This document shows positions 12,962 through 27,579 of a DNA stretch of 64,000 nt, in pieces. The DNA comes from an uncultured Actinomycetota bacterium (GTDB taxonomy: Bacteria; Actinomycetota; Actinomycetes; Mycobacteriales; SCTD01). Numbering within the stretch: position 1 is the first letter of the stretch; each line of letters begins with the position of its first letter. A program made the position numbers and the translations under genes. The DNA lies in assembly GCA_963815615.1 (NCBI GenBank), contig CAWFHF010000003.1, positions 6,647 through 70,646 of the forward strand, in the 5' to 3' direction. The notes under the pieces are model-generated. The model had not been told where the DNA came from, did no database searches, and was given only the letters and a program-made list of their open reading frames with translations.

Positions 12962-15900
12962 CTACTGCTCGGGCGCCCCGGCCGGGCGGCTGGTCGCCCG
13001 GCGGCGACGGCGCGGGCGCGCCTCCGCAGCGGGCTCGGGCTCGGACTCGGCCGGCTCGGGCTCGGGCTCCGGCGGGCTCGGGCTCCAGCGACGCTCTGCA
13101 CGACGTCGGGGACGACCGGGAGGTCCTCCTGCGCCGCGGTGGGCTGGTCGGCGAGGTCGGGGACGACGTCGGGGGCTGTGTCGTCCTGCTCGCCGTCCTG
13201 CTCGTCCGGCGCGACCGGTGCGCTGCCGGCAGCCGGGTCGGCCGCGACCGTGGACGGCGCGTCGGCGACGGCGTCGACCTCGGCGTCGGTCCGGTGGTGG
13301 CGGTGTCCGCGTCGGTGCTCGGCGCGAGGACGGCGGGCTGCTCGTCGTCGGCCGGCAGGGGCGGGACCTCGCTGCCGGCCGGCTCGGCCAGCAGCTCGCT
13401 CATCTCGTCCTGCGGCGCGACCGTCGCGCTCCCCCGGCCCCGGCCGCCGCGGCGGCGCCGCCTGGGCGCGTCCTCGGCGGGCGCGTCGGCGTCGTCGGAC
13501 GGGGCCGCTGCGGGCTCGGGCTCCTTCTTCGGCCGACGCCTTGGCCGCGGCGGCGACGCGCTCGATGCCGGCGCCGCCGTCGGTCTGCCGGCTGCCGACG
13601 GCGTGGCCCGGACACGTCGGTGCGCACGTGCACGCCGCGCCCGCCGCAGGAGTCGCAGGTCTCGCTGAAGCTCTCCAGCAGCCCCTGGCCGACCCGCTTG
13701 CGGGTCATCTGCACCAGGCCGAGCGAGGTGACCTCGGCGACCTGGTGCTTGGTGCGGTCGCGGCCCAGGCACTCGACCAGCCGGCGCACCACCAGGTCGC
13801 GGTTGCTCTCGAGCACCATGTCGATGAAGTCGACGACGATGATCCCGCCGAGGTCGCGCAGGCGCAGCTGCCGGGCGATCTCCTCGGCGGCCTCGAGGTT
13901 GTTGCGGGTGACCGTCTCCTCGAGGTTGCCGCCCTTGCCGACGTACTTGCCGGTGTTGACGTCGATGACGACCATCGCCTCGGTGCGGTCGATGACCAGC
14001 GAGCCGCCGGACGGCAGGTGCACCTTGCGGTCGAGCGCCTTGAGCAGCTGCTCGTCGATGCGGTGCTCGGCGAACACGTCCTTCTCGGAGGTGTGCCGCG
14101 TGAGCCGGGGCAGCAGGTCGGGGGCGACGAACTCGACGTAGTCGCGGATCGTGTCCCACTCGGACTCGCCCTGCACGAGCAGCGAGGTGAAGTCCTCGTT
14201 GAACACGTCGCGGACGACCTTGACCACCAGGTCCGGCTCGGCCTGCAGCAGCTTCGGGCCACCGCCCTTGGCGGCCTTCTCCTGGATGACCTCCCACTGC
14301 GCCTGCAGCCGGCGGACGTCGGCCTCGATCTCCTCCTGCGACGCCCCCTCGGCGGCGGTGCGGATGATCACGCCGGCGTCGTCGGGGACGACCTTCTTCA
14401 GGATGGACTTCAGGCGGCTGCGCTCGGTCTCGGGGAGCTTGCGGCTGATCCCGGTCATCGAGCCCTCGGGCACGTAGACCAGGTAGCGGCCCGGCAGGCT
14501 GACCTGGCTGGTGAGCCGGGCGCCCTTGTGGCCGATCGGGTCCTTGCTGACCTGGACCAGGACCTCCTGGCCGGACTTCAGGACCTGCTCGATCTTCTTG
14601 GTGCCGGAGCCCTCGAAGTTGACCTCGCCGGCGTACAGCACGCCGTTGCGGCCCTTGCCGATGTCGACGAACGCCGCCTCCATGCTGGGCAGCACGTTCT
14701 GCACCCGGCCGAGGTAGACGTTGCCGGCGTAGCTCTGGGCGCTGGCCTTGGTGACGTAGTGCTCGACCAGGATCCCGTCCTCCAGGACGGCGATCTGGGT
14801 CATGTCGCCCTTCTGGCGCACGACCATCTGGCGCTCGACGGCCTCGCGGCGGGCCAGGAACTCGGCCTCGGTGAGGACCGGCGCGCGGCGGCGGCCGGAG
14901 TCGCGGCCCTCCTGCCGGCGGACCCGCTTGGCGGCCATGCGGGTCGACCCGGTGATGCCGCGGACGCCGTCCTCGTCGGCCGCGCTCGCGCCGCGGACCC
15001 GCTTCTCGCGCGGCTCGCGGACCCGCACGACCGTCGGGACGCCGTCGTCCTCGGCCTCCCCGCTGTCGTCCGCGCCGCCGGAGCCGCCCCGACGACGACG
15101 CCGGCGCCGACGGCGGGTGCCGCCCTCACCGGCCTCCTCGTCGTCGGCGTCGTCCTCGGTGCTGTCGGTCGCGTCCTCGGTGCCGTCGGCGTCCTCGCCC
15201 TCGGCGGGCTCGTCGGTCTCGTCCGCGGTCTCGGCGGTCTCGTCGTCGCGGCGCGGGCCACGGCCGCGACGGCCGCGACGGCGCCGGCGGGGACGGTCGC
15301 CGTCCTCGTCGTCGTCGGCCTCGGCGTCCTGCTCGGGCGCGGTGTCGGCGGTGCTGAGGACCTCGTCGGGGCTGACGGCGCCGCTGGTGCCGGCGCGACG
15401 TCGACGCCGCGGGGCGGGGGCGTCGTCGGCGGGGGCGTCACCCTCGGCGGCGGCGGGGGCCGCAGCGGCGGGGCGCTTCGGGGCGACCTCGTCGGGAGCC
15501 ACGAACGTGACGACGGCGGGCGCCCGGCGGCGGCGCGTCCGCGGGGCAGGGGCGTCGTCGTCGGTCTCGTCCTCGTCCGCCACCGGGGAGGCAGCGGCCG
15601 GGGAGGCGGCGGCCGGCTGCTCCTCGAGCAGCTCGACGCTCGGGGCGGCGGCGGGGGCGCTCGCCCGGCGGCCGCGGCCGCGGCGGGAGCGCGAGGTGGG
15701 CGTGCCCTCGGTGGCGAGCACGTCGGCGGTGGTGTCGTCCGCGACCGCCTCGGCCACGGCGGGGTCGTCCTCGACGGCGTCGACGACGGGCTCGGCGGCG
15801 TCGAGCAGCACCGCGGCGACGAGGTCGGCCTCGGTGGTGGCGGCCTGCGGGACGACGAGGTCGGGCTGCGGGAGGTCCCCGGGCTCGGGAGTGGCCTCGG

Positions 15901-16387
15901 GAGCGGGGGCGGCGGCCTTGCGGGTGGCGCGCTTGCGGGGCGCCTTGGCGGGAGCAGCGGCGGGTGCGTCCGCAGCGGCCGGTGCGTCGGCAGCAGCAGG
16001 TGCGGCGGCCGTGGGCCCGTCGGCAGCGGGGGCGCCAGCGGCCTCCGGCACCTGGGCGGTCTCGGGCTGCTCCGTCGGGGCGGCCGCCGTGCGGGTGGCC
16101 CGCTTGCGCGGCGCCTTCTTGGCGGGCGCGGGAGGCGCCTCGGAGGCGGCAGGCGCCTCGCCGGCGGCGGGCGCGTCGGAGGCGGCGGGCGCCGCGGGTG
16201 CCTCCGCCGGGGCGGCGTCCGTCACCTCGACGGGAGGCGCCTCCGCGGGCGCGGCCGCCTTGCGGGTGGCCCGCTTGCGCGGCGCCTTCTTCGCGGGGGC
16301 CGCCGCGGCGGTCCCGCCGTCCTGGGAGGTCGCGTCCGGGGAGGCCGCGTCCTGGGGGGTCGTGCTGTCGCTGGGCTCGTCGAGCAC
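12962..16387 (-). CDS. rne: ribonuclease E/G with long disordered N- and C-terminal extensions (frameshifts in the C-terminal tail, ~13100-13620)
   Basis: GNVYLGRVQNVLPSMEAAFVDIG, IDVNTG, LRLRDLGGIIVVDFIDM, CDSCGGRG Zn-link; C-terminus RRRRRATSRPAGAPEQ* typical of actinobacterial Rne; upstream of rplU. Confidence 0.93.
15905..16300 (-). repeat. three copies of (K)KAPRKRATR(K/T)AAAP inside the Rne N-terminal extension
   Basis: DNA copies at ~16250-16300, ~16081-16130 and ~15905-15955. Confidence 0.85.
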
Positions 16388-16476
16388 CGGTGCTCCGGTC
16401 CGGCCGCCGCGTCGACGCGTCGTGGCGGCCCGGGGAAGGGCGGTCCGCGCCGGCCGGTCGGCCGGTGCGGGAGAAG

Positions 16477-17304
16477 TCAGGGGTGCGGGGTGTCGCCCGG
16501 GGGCGGCGCTCCGCCGGCGTCGGCCTGCTCGGGGCCGCCGTCCTGTCGCGTTGCCCCGTGCGCCGGAGCGCGGTCGGGTGCGAGCGGGTCGGCGACCTCG
16601 CCGTCTTCGGTGAGCGGACCCTGCGCGGTGCGCGTTGCCGCGGGCGGCACGGGCGTCGCGAGGCCTGCTGCGGACCGGAGCCCGGAGAGGACGTCGTCGG
16701 GTCGGACAGCAGGCGTCACGTGCCGTACGACCAGGTGGAGTGTCGCACACCCGTCGTCACCCTCGGTCGCGGACGCGCGCAGGGAGACGACGGCGGCGCG
16801 GGCGTCGAGGCTGCGCCGCCCGTCCTTGGTGAGCCGCTCGACGAGCACCTCGTCGGCGGCGAGGAACGCGGCGACGGCCCGGACGGCGTCCTCCAGCGGC
16901 ACCTCGGGCAGCCGGACGAGCCAGTGGGAGGCCTCGACCCGGTCGGGCAGGCTGGTGCCGGGGGGCGCCTCGACGACCTCGACGACGTCGATGCCGTCGG
17001 GCAGGCTGGCGTCGAGGGCGGCCCGCAGCTGTTCGAGGTCGACCCGCCGGACGACGGACACCTCGACGTACTCGGCCTCCGACGCGACCCCCGTGGGAGC
17101 CGCTCCCACCCAGCTGATCTTGGGGTGCGGGCTGAACCCGGCGGAGTAGGCCATCGGGACCTCGGCCCGGCGCAGCGCGCGCTCGAAGGCGCGGGCGATG
17201 TCGCGGTGGCTGGTGAAGCGCAGCCGGCCGCGCTTGGTGTAGCGCAGCCGCAGCTTCTGCACCGCGGGCGGCGGCGGGGGGCCCGTGGGCTGGCGCTTCG
17301 ACAC
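16477..17304 (-). CDS. radical SAM-linked protein (TIGR03936/DUF2344-like)
   Basis: RLRYTKRGRLRFTSHRD...PMAYSAGFSPHPKIS...GVASEAEY; conserved position between the radical SAM gene and rne. Confidence 0.9.
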   Translation of the reverse strand: MSKRQPTGPPPPPAVQKLRLRYTKRGRLRFTSHRDIARAFERALRRAEVPMAYSAGFSPHPKISWVGAAPTGVASEAEYVEVSVVRRVDLEQLRAALDASLPDGIDVVEVVEAPPGTSLPDRVEASHWLVRLPEVPLEDAVRAVAAFLAADEVLVERLTKDGRRSLDARAAVVSLRASATEGDDGCATLHLVVRHVTPAVRPDDVLSGLRSAAGLATPVPPAATRTAQGPLTEDGEVADPLAPDRAPAHGATRQDGGPEQADAGGAPPPGDTPHP

Positions 17305-17315
17305 GGCGCTGCAGG

Positions 17316-17815
17316 CTAGTGGCCGCGCACGTCCCAGAGGTGGTGCTCGACGTCGTGCAGGAAGTAGCGGGCGAAGGAGGCGACGGTGAACGCGGCGCCG
17401 TCGCTGCGCCGGCCGGGGCGCTCCCAGCCGGTCACGGCGTCGAACCGGTCGGCCAGCGCGAGACCCCGCTCCCGGACCTGTCCGGCGACGACCGCCGGGT
17501 CCTCGTCGGCGTAGCCGCCGGCCGACGCGTCCTGGTCCCAGTTCTCGTAGAGCGGGTCGTCGGTGTCGAGCATGAGCGTCAGGCGGGCGTCGTAGACGCC
17601 GAGGACGTCACGGACGTGGCAGCCGTACTCCAGCGGCGACCACACCCCGGGGGCGGGCCGGTCGTGCACGCCGTTCCGGCCGAGCACCTCGCCCAGGCCG
17701 TCGAGGCGGCGCGCAGCCGCGGGGCGACCTGCTCGACCGGCAGGCCGCCGACGTCCAGCCCGCACTCCGGGCACGGGCGCTCCAGCACCCACGTCCAGTC
17801 CTTGGTGTCGGCCAC
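17316..17815 (-). CDS. DinB-family protein (apparent frameshift ~17700)
   Basis: DTKDWTWVLERPCPECG, RPAPGVWSPLEYGCHVRDV, WDQD, HDVEHHLWD (DinB His ligands). Confidence 0.85.
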
Positions 17816-17825
17816 GCGGCGCCGC

Positions 17826-19760
<1,935 letters not shown>

Positions 19761-19791
19761 GCGCCCAGGCTACGGCGCCCCTGCGGCACCG

Positions 19792-20974
19792 TCACAGCTC
19801 GCGCGACGCGCAGGCGCACGTTCTGCAGCAGCCCGACGGCGACGAGGTTGGCGAACATCGCCGAGCCGCCGTAGGAGACGAACGGCAGCGGCAGGCCGGT
19901 CACCGGCATGATCCCGAGCGTCATCCCGATGTTGACGAAGCTCTGGAACGCGAACCAGCTGACGACCCCGGCGGCGACCAGCCGGCCGAAGGTGTCGGGC
20001 GCCGCGACCGCGATCCGGCAGCCGCGCCACAGCACGACGCCCAGCAGCAGCACCAGCCCGCCCGCGCCCACCAGGCCCAGCTCCTCGCCCGCCACGGTGA
20101 AGACGAAGTCGGTCTGCTGCTCGGGGATGAAGGCGCCGCCGGTCTGGGTGCCCTGGAACAGCCCCTTGCCCCACACGCCGCCCGAGCCGATGGCGATCCG
20201 GGCCTGCGTCGTGTTGTAGGCGACGCCGCGCGGGTCGAGGTCGGGGTTGGCGAACGCCGCGAAGCGGGCCACCTGGTAGTCGTCCAGCACGCCGAGCTGG
20301 ACGGCGGCGACGCTGACGACGACGCCGGCCAGCAGCAGCCCGACCAGCCAGCGGGTGGGCGCGCCCGCCGACGGCCAGCACCCCCAGGACGACGGCGACC
20401 AGCACCAGCGTCGTCCCGAGGTCGGGCTGCAGCATGACCAGCCCCATGGGGACGGCGGCCAGGGCCAGGACGAGCAGCACGTCGGCGTCGCGCGGGGTGT
20501 CCTCGCCGTCGCGGCCCTCGGCGAGCAGCACGGCCATCCCGACGACGAGGGCGACCTTGGCGAACTCCGACGGCTGCACCTGGAACCCCGCCGGCAGCAG
20601 GATCCAGCTGTGCGCGCCGTTGATGGTGGCGCCGAGCGGCGACAGCACGACGACGAGCCCGACGCACGCCACGACGTAGACGACCGGGGCGTAGGCGCGC
20701 AGGGAGCGGGGGTCCACCAGCGCCGCGACGGCCCCAGCGTGGCGCCGATGAGCGCGTTGACGAGGTGCTTCTGGAAGAACCCGGCGGGGTCGGCGCCGGC
20801 GTCGAGCAGGCGCTGCCGGGTCGCCGACCAGACCAGCAGCGAGCCCAGCACGACGAGGGCGAGGACGGCGAGCAGGAGCAGCCAGTCGAGCCGCCGCAGC
20901 ACCGAGTCGCGCTGCAGCGCGCGCTCGCGCAGCGACGCCGAGCGGGGGCGCAGCCGCACCGGCGACGTCGTCAC
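19792..20974 (-). CDS. rodA: rod shape-determining protein RodA (SEDS); frameshifted
   Basis: GAHSWI, QPSEFAK, QPDLGT, IAIGSGG, FIPEQQTDF, GIMPVTGLPLPFVSYGGS. Confidence 0.93.
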
Positions 20975-23089
20975 TGGCGCCGGCCGCACGTACGGGCCGA
21001 GGACCGGCGGCGCGGGGACCTTCGTCCCGGGCGGGCCGACCGTGCCGTCGGGGCGGACGACGGGCAGCGCCGTCGGCAGCCGCCCGCCGGGCAGCAGCGC
21101 CGGCCGCCCCACGCCGTAGAGCGCGTCGTAGACCTCGCGCACCATCGGCGCCGCGGTCGTGCCGCCGGTGCCGCCCTGCGCGACCATCCCGACGACGACC
21201 AGCTCGGGGTCCTCGGCCGGCGCGAAGGAGGCGAACCAGGCGGTGTCCTGCTTGCCCGCCACCTCCCCGGTGCCGGTCTTGCCGGCGACGTGGACCGGGA
21301 AGCCCGGCGAAGGCGCCGCGGGCGGTGCCCTCGGTGGTCACCCCGCCGAGCGCCTCGCGCAGGAAGGCGAGCGTCGCGGGCGCGACCGGGACGGTCCGCC
21401 CGGACGACCGGGGCGACCTCCCGGGCGCGGCTGCCCGTCGGCCGACAGCAGGGCCCGCCCGACGTGCGGCTCCACCCGCCTGCCGCCGTTGGCGATGGCC
21501 GCGTAGACGGTGGCGAGCTGCAGCGGCGTCACCAGGGTGTCGCCCTGGCCGATGGCGAAGTTCGCGGCGTCGCCGGCGCGGAAGCGGTCCGCCGTCGTCG
21601 CAGAACTCCTGGTTCGCGCGCCGCCGCTCCGGGCTGCGTGCCGGGTTCACCGCGCCCTTGCAGTAGTTGGCCCGCAGCCGCTCCCAGCGCTCCTGCAGGT
21701 AGGCGCGGTCGGCGATGGTGCCGCTGCGCTCGCTCGGCAGGTCGACGCCGGTGCGGGTGCCGAGCCCGAAGGCCTGCGCCATGCGCACCATCGGGTCCTT
21801 CGGCTGCGCCACCGGGCGGTTGCCGCCGTCGCGCAGCCACTGCTCGTAGGCGAAGTCGTAGTAGACGGTGTCGCAGGACTTCACGATCGCCGTCCGCAGG
21901 GTGATCGGGCCCGAGGCCGACGCCCTCGAAGTTGCGCTTGCCGCCGAGCGGGGCGTACGCGCCGGGGCACGGGTAGACGCCGGTCAGCGGGTAGCCGTCC
22001 TCGACCACCGCCGCCGTCGACACCACCTTGAACGTCGACGCCGGCGCGTAGGCGCCCTGGATGGCGCGGAACACCAGCGGCGCGCCGCGCGACTCGTCGA
22101 CCAGCTGCGCGTACTCCTCGTCGGAGGCCCCGCCGAGGAAGACCGACGGGTCGTAGCTCGGGTAGCTCGCCAGGGCGACCAGGCGCCCGGTCTTCGCCTC
22201 CATGACGACGATCGACCCGGAGTCGGCCTTGTACGTGCCGTTGCCCGCGCGGTCGGGCCGGGTGCGGGCCGCCGCGACGGCGCTGGGCCAGGGCCTGCTC
22301 GGCCGCCGCCTGCACGCCGGCGTGGATCGACAGGACCAGCGTGTCGCCGGGCCGGGGCGGCGTCTGCCCGGCGACCCCCTTCACGGCCCCGACGTGGTCG
22401 ACGAGCAGCGACTGCACGCCGTCGGTCCCCCGCAGCTCGGTGTCGTAGGACGCCTCGACGCCCGACCGCCCGACCAGGGCGCTGTCCTGCACGCCCTCGT
22501 AGCGCGGCAGCGACGTCTCCTGCGGCCCGATCGGGCCGAGGTAGCCGAGGACGTGGGCCGCCGTCGTCCCGCGGGGGTACTCGCGGACGGCCGCGAAGCG
22601 CGTCTCGACCGCCGGGTAGTCCTCGCGGTGCTCCTCCACGGCCAGCACCCGGCGCAGCCCCGCGGCGTCGTCGGCGGCGTACTCCTGCACCGGTACCGGC
22701 TGGTAGGGCGAGCCGCGCCAGCACGGGGGCCGGACCGTGCCGCCGCAGGGGGTGATCTCCTGCCGCAGCAGGGCGGGCGGCTTGCCCAGCACCCGGCCGA
22801 GCCGCTCCAGCACGGCCCGGCCGTCGTCGGGCTCGCGCAGCAGGCGGGCCCGGTCGACGCTCACCACCAGCGCGGTGCGGTTGCGCACCAGCGGGACGCC
22901 CGTCACGTCGTAGACCTCGCCGCGCGGCGCCGGCGTGACCACCTCGCGCACGCGGTTCTCACTGGCGGCCGCCGTGTAGCGCGCGCCCTCGTGGACCTGC
23001 AGGAACCACAGCCGGCCCAGCAGGGTGGCGAGCACGGCCACGACCACCACCTGCAGCACGAGCAGCCGGCCCGCCGAGCGGGTGCTCAC
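20971..23089 (-). CDS. mrdA: penicillin-binding protein 2; several apparent frameshifts
   Basis: N-terminal TM, APRGEVYD, GRSGVEASYD, SxxK (ASTFK), KSCD, IGQG, TPLQ, GKTGT, WFASFAP. Confidence 0.92.
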
Positions 23090-23599
23090 CGCCATGCCCC
23101 GACCCGGTCGCCGTCGACCCGGCGCACGAGCGCGCCGACGACGGGGACGACGAACGGCGTCAGCACGACGGCGTACGGCACCGACGACACCAGCGCCCGG
23201 AGCACCGCGGCGCCGCCGACCCGCGGGTCGCCCAGCAGGACGCCCTCGCCGGCGAACAGCAGCACCGCACCAGCGGCCGACGCCCCGACGACGGCGAAGG
23301 GCAGCAGGGTCGAGCGCTCGGCGTCGTCGCGGACCTGCCCCGCCGCGTGCCCGACCACGGCCAGGACCAGCGCCGCCCGGCCGAGCGCGTGGTCGGCCTG
23401 CAGGTCGGCCAGCAGCCCGGCGGCGAAGCCGGTGACCGCCCCCGACGTCGGCCCCTCGGCGAGCGCGAACGCCACGACGACGACGACCAGCAGCTCGGGG
23501 GCCGCGCCCGGCAGCGGCAGCGCGGCCAGCACCGCCGTCTGCAGCAGCAGGGCGGTGAGGACGACGGCGACGCCGAGCAGCAGCCGCTGCCCGCGTCAC
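23086..23599 (-). CDS. mreD: rod shape-determining protein MreD
   Basis: Hydrophobic protein with GFAAGLLADL motif, between mreC and mrdA; overlapping start/stop codons. Confidence 0.85.
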
Positions 23600-24434
23600 C
23601 GGGCCGCCCCTGCCGGCAGCGGCGAGCGTGCGCCCGTGCGCACCGCGCCGACGACGACGCCGACGAGGTCGAGGGCGTGCACGTCGACGAACGGCTCGAG
23701 CGTGGCCGTGCGGGTCAGGTCCCCCGGCCGCAGCAGCACCTCGCGGACCCGCCCCACCGGCACGTCCGGCACGAACGTGTCCGACGCCGTCGTCGTGACG
23801 ACGTCGCCGGGGCGCAGGGCGCACGTCGGTGTCCACGACGTCGTAGCGCAGCCCGCCCGGCCCCTCGCCGGTGACCAGCCCGACGCCGCCGAGCCGGGCG
23901 CTGCCGGCCGCCGACGGTGAAGCCCGGGTCGACCAGCAGCACCACCGTGCAGGTGAAGGGGCCGACCCGCTTGGTCCGCCCCACCAGCCCCGCGCCCGTC
24001 AGGACGGTCTGGCCCGGGCGCAGGCCGTCGCGGCTGCCGGCGTCGAGCGTGGCGGTCCAGGCGAAGCCGAGCGAGCTGCCGACCGACACGACGCGCGCGG
24101 GGACGACGTCGGCGTCGGCCACGGCGCGCACCTTCAGCAGCGCCTTCAGCTCGGCGTCGCTGCGGCGCAGCGCCTCGGTCTCGCGCAGCTGCGCCCGCAG
24201 CCGGGCGTTCTCCCGCTCGAGCCGCCGGGTGTCGGCCTGCCCGTCGCCCAGCCCGCCGAGCGCCCGGCCGGTCGCCGACACCGCGCCGCCGACGGTCCGC
24301 TGGGCCGGGCCGAGGACGGTGTCCGCGCCGCGGCGCAGGGCCGCGAACGGGCCGCCCTCGTCGCCGCCGTCGAGGGCGGTCAGGGTGAGGGCGGTCAGCA
24401 CGAGCAGGGCCAGCAGCAGGCGGGAGCCGCGCAC
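23596..24434 (-). CDS. mreC: rod shape-determining protein MreC; frameshifted
   Basis: N-terminal TM, coiled coil LERENARLRAQL, TLDAGSRDG, GLVGR. Confidence 0.88.
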
Positions 24435-24455
24435 GAGGTCAGGGCCGGCAGGGCG

Positions 24456-25553
<1,098 letters not shown>

Positions 25554-25763
25554 CTAGCGGCGGGGACCGTCCGGGCCTGCTCCGAGCCCGGTCGTGACGT
25601 GGTCGTCACGCGGCCCCGCGGCGTCGCCGGCGTCCCGGTCGCGTCCCTCGGCGCGGGCGCGCCGCGGGCCGGCGCACGCGCGCGGAACCCTTCGTCGCCG
25701 GACGCGCCGCGGCCCGGCTCCGCCGCGCTGGTGCGCGAGGGGCCGGGCCGCGATCGGCGCTGC

Positions 25764-26172
25764 TCAGGCCGGGGAAGAAGATCCCGATCTCGCGCTGGGC
25801 CGACTCGGGCGAGTCCGAGCCGTGCACGAGGTTCTCGCCGATCTCCAGGGCGAAGTCGCCGCGGATCGAGCCGGGGGTGGCCTCGACCGGGTTGGTGGAG
25901 CCGATCAGCCCGCGGCAGCCGGCGACGGCGTTCGGGCCCTCGGCCACGAGCGCGACGAGCGGGCCGCCGGTGATGAACTCGACGAGCTCGCCGAAGAAGG
26001 GGCGCTCCCGGTGCTCGCCGTAGTGCTCCTCGGCGGTCGCGCGGTCCAGGGTGCGCAGCTCCATCGCGACGAGCGTCAGGCCCTTCTTCTCCAGCCGGCC
26101 GACGACCTCGCCGGCGAGGCCGCGGCGGACGCCGTCGGGCTTGACGAGGATCAGGGTGCGCTCGGTGGCCAC
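25764..26172 (-). CDS. ndk: nucleoside diphosphate kinase (3' end uncertain)
   Basis: [37 protein letters not shown]. Confidence 0.95.
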
Positions 26173-26231
26173 GGTGGGGTGCTCCTGTGCAGTAGGGGGA
26201 GGTCGCGGGCGGTCGCGGGTCCGCAGGGACG

Positions 26232-27579
26232 CTACCGGCGGGCGAGCAGGCGGCGCGCCTCGCCGGCGGTGACGACCGAGCCGGTGACGATCACGCCCGC
26301 GCCGCCGAGCTGCTCGGCGTCCGACTCGGACAGCGCGACGGCGGTGTCGATGGCGTCGTCGAGCCGGTCCTCGATGCGCACCCGGTCCTCGCCGAAGACG
26401 TCGCGGGCGAGCTCGCGCGAGGTCGTCGGCGGGCAGCGCGCGCGGCGAGCGGGTCTGCGTGACGACGACGTACGCCAGCGCGGGCTCGAGCACCTCGAGC
26501 ATCCCGCGGGCGTCCTTGTCGCCGAGCACGGCGACGACGCCGACGAGCGAGGTGAAGCGGAAGGCCTCGCCGAGCGCCGCGACGGTGGCCTGCCATGCCG
26601 TGCGGCGTTGTGGCCGGCGTCGACCAGGACGGTGGGGCTGGTGCGCAGGACCTCGAGCCGGCCCGGGGCTGTCGACGCGGGCGAAGCCCTCGCGCACCGC
26701 CTCCGGGTCGAGAGAGCCGGCCCGCCGCTGGCCCCGCCGAGGAACGCCTCGACCGCGGCGAGCGCGGCGGCGGCGTTCTGCGCCTGGTGGGCGCCGTGCA
26801 GCGGCAGGAACACGTCGTCGTAGGTGCCGGACAGGCCCTGCAGGGTCAGCAGCTGGCCGCCGACGGCGGTCGCCCGGTGCACGACCCCGAACTCCAGGCC
26901 CTCGCGCGCGACGGTCGCCCCGACCTCGACGCAGCGCCGCAGCAGCACCTCCGCGGCCTCCGGCGGCTGCGCGGCCAGCACGACCGTGGCGCCCTCGTGG
27001 ACGATGCCGGCCTTCTCGCCGGCGATCTCGGCGACCGTGGTGCCGAGCAGCGGCACGTGGTCGAGCCCGACCGGCAGCACGACGCAGGTCTGCGCCTGCA
27101 GCACGTTGGTCGCGTCCCAGGTGCCGCCGAGGCCGACCTCGACGACGGCGGCGTCGACCGGGGCGTCGGCGAACAGCGCGAAGGCCAGCCCGGTGAGGAC
27201 CTCGAAGAAGGTCATCGGGGTGGGGCGAGCGGCTGTCGACGAGCTCGACGAAGGGCATGAGCTCGTCGAAGCCCGCCGCGAAGCGCTCCTCGTCGACGGG
27301 CTGGCCGTCGAGGGTGATCCGCTCGGTGACCTGCTCGAGGTGCGGGCTGGTGTACCGGCCCGGCCGCAGCCCGAAGGACCGCAGCAGGCTGTCGACCATC
27401 CGGGCGGTGCTGGTCTTGCCGTTGGTGCCCGTGAGGTGGACCGCCGGGTAGGCCTTCTGCGGGTCGCCGAGCAGGTCGCAGAGCAGCCGGATCCGGTCGA
27501 GGTCCGGCACCATCCGGTCCTCGCTCGGGAAGCGGGACGCGAGCGCCGCCTGCACCCGGTCGAGCGGGCCCTCGGTCAC
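26232..27579 (-). CDS. folC: folylpolyglutamate synthase/dihydrofolate synthase; frameshifted
   Basis: [42 protein letters not shown]. Confidence 0.94.

Noticed and set aside
12890-17149. 1419-aa plus-strand ORF and similar long ORFs (e.g. 27860..30178, 32046..34265, 52920..55280)
   Set aside because: Antisense shadows of real genes. Stop codons are rare in very high-GC DNA and the translations have no recognisable motifs.
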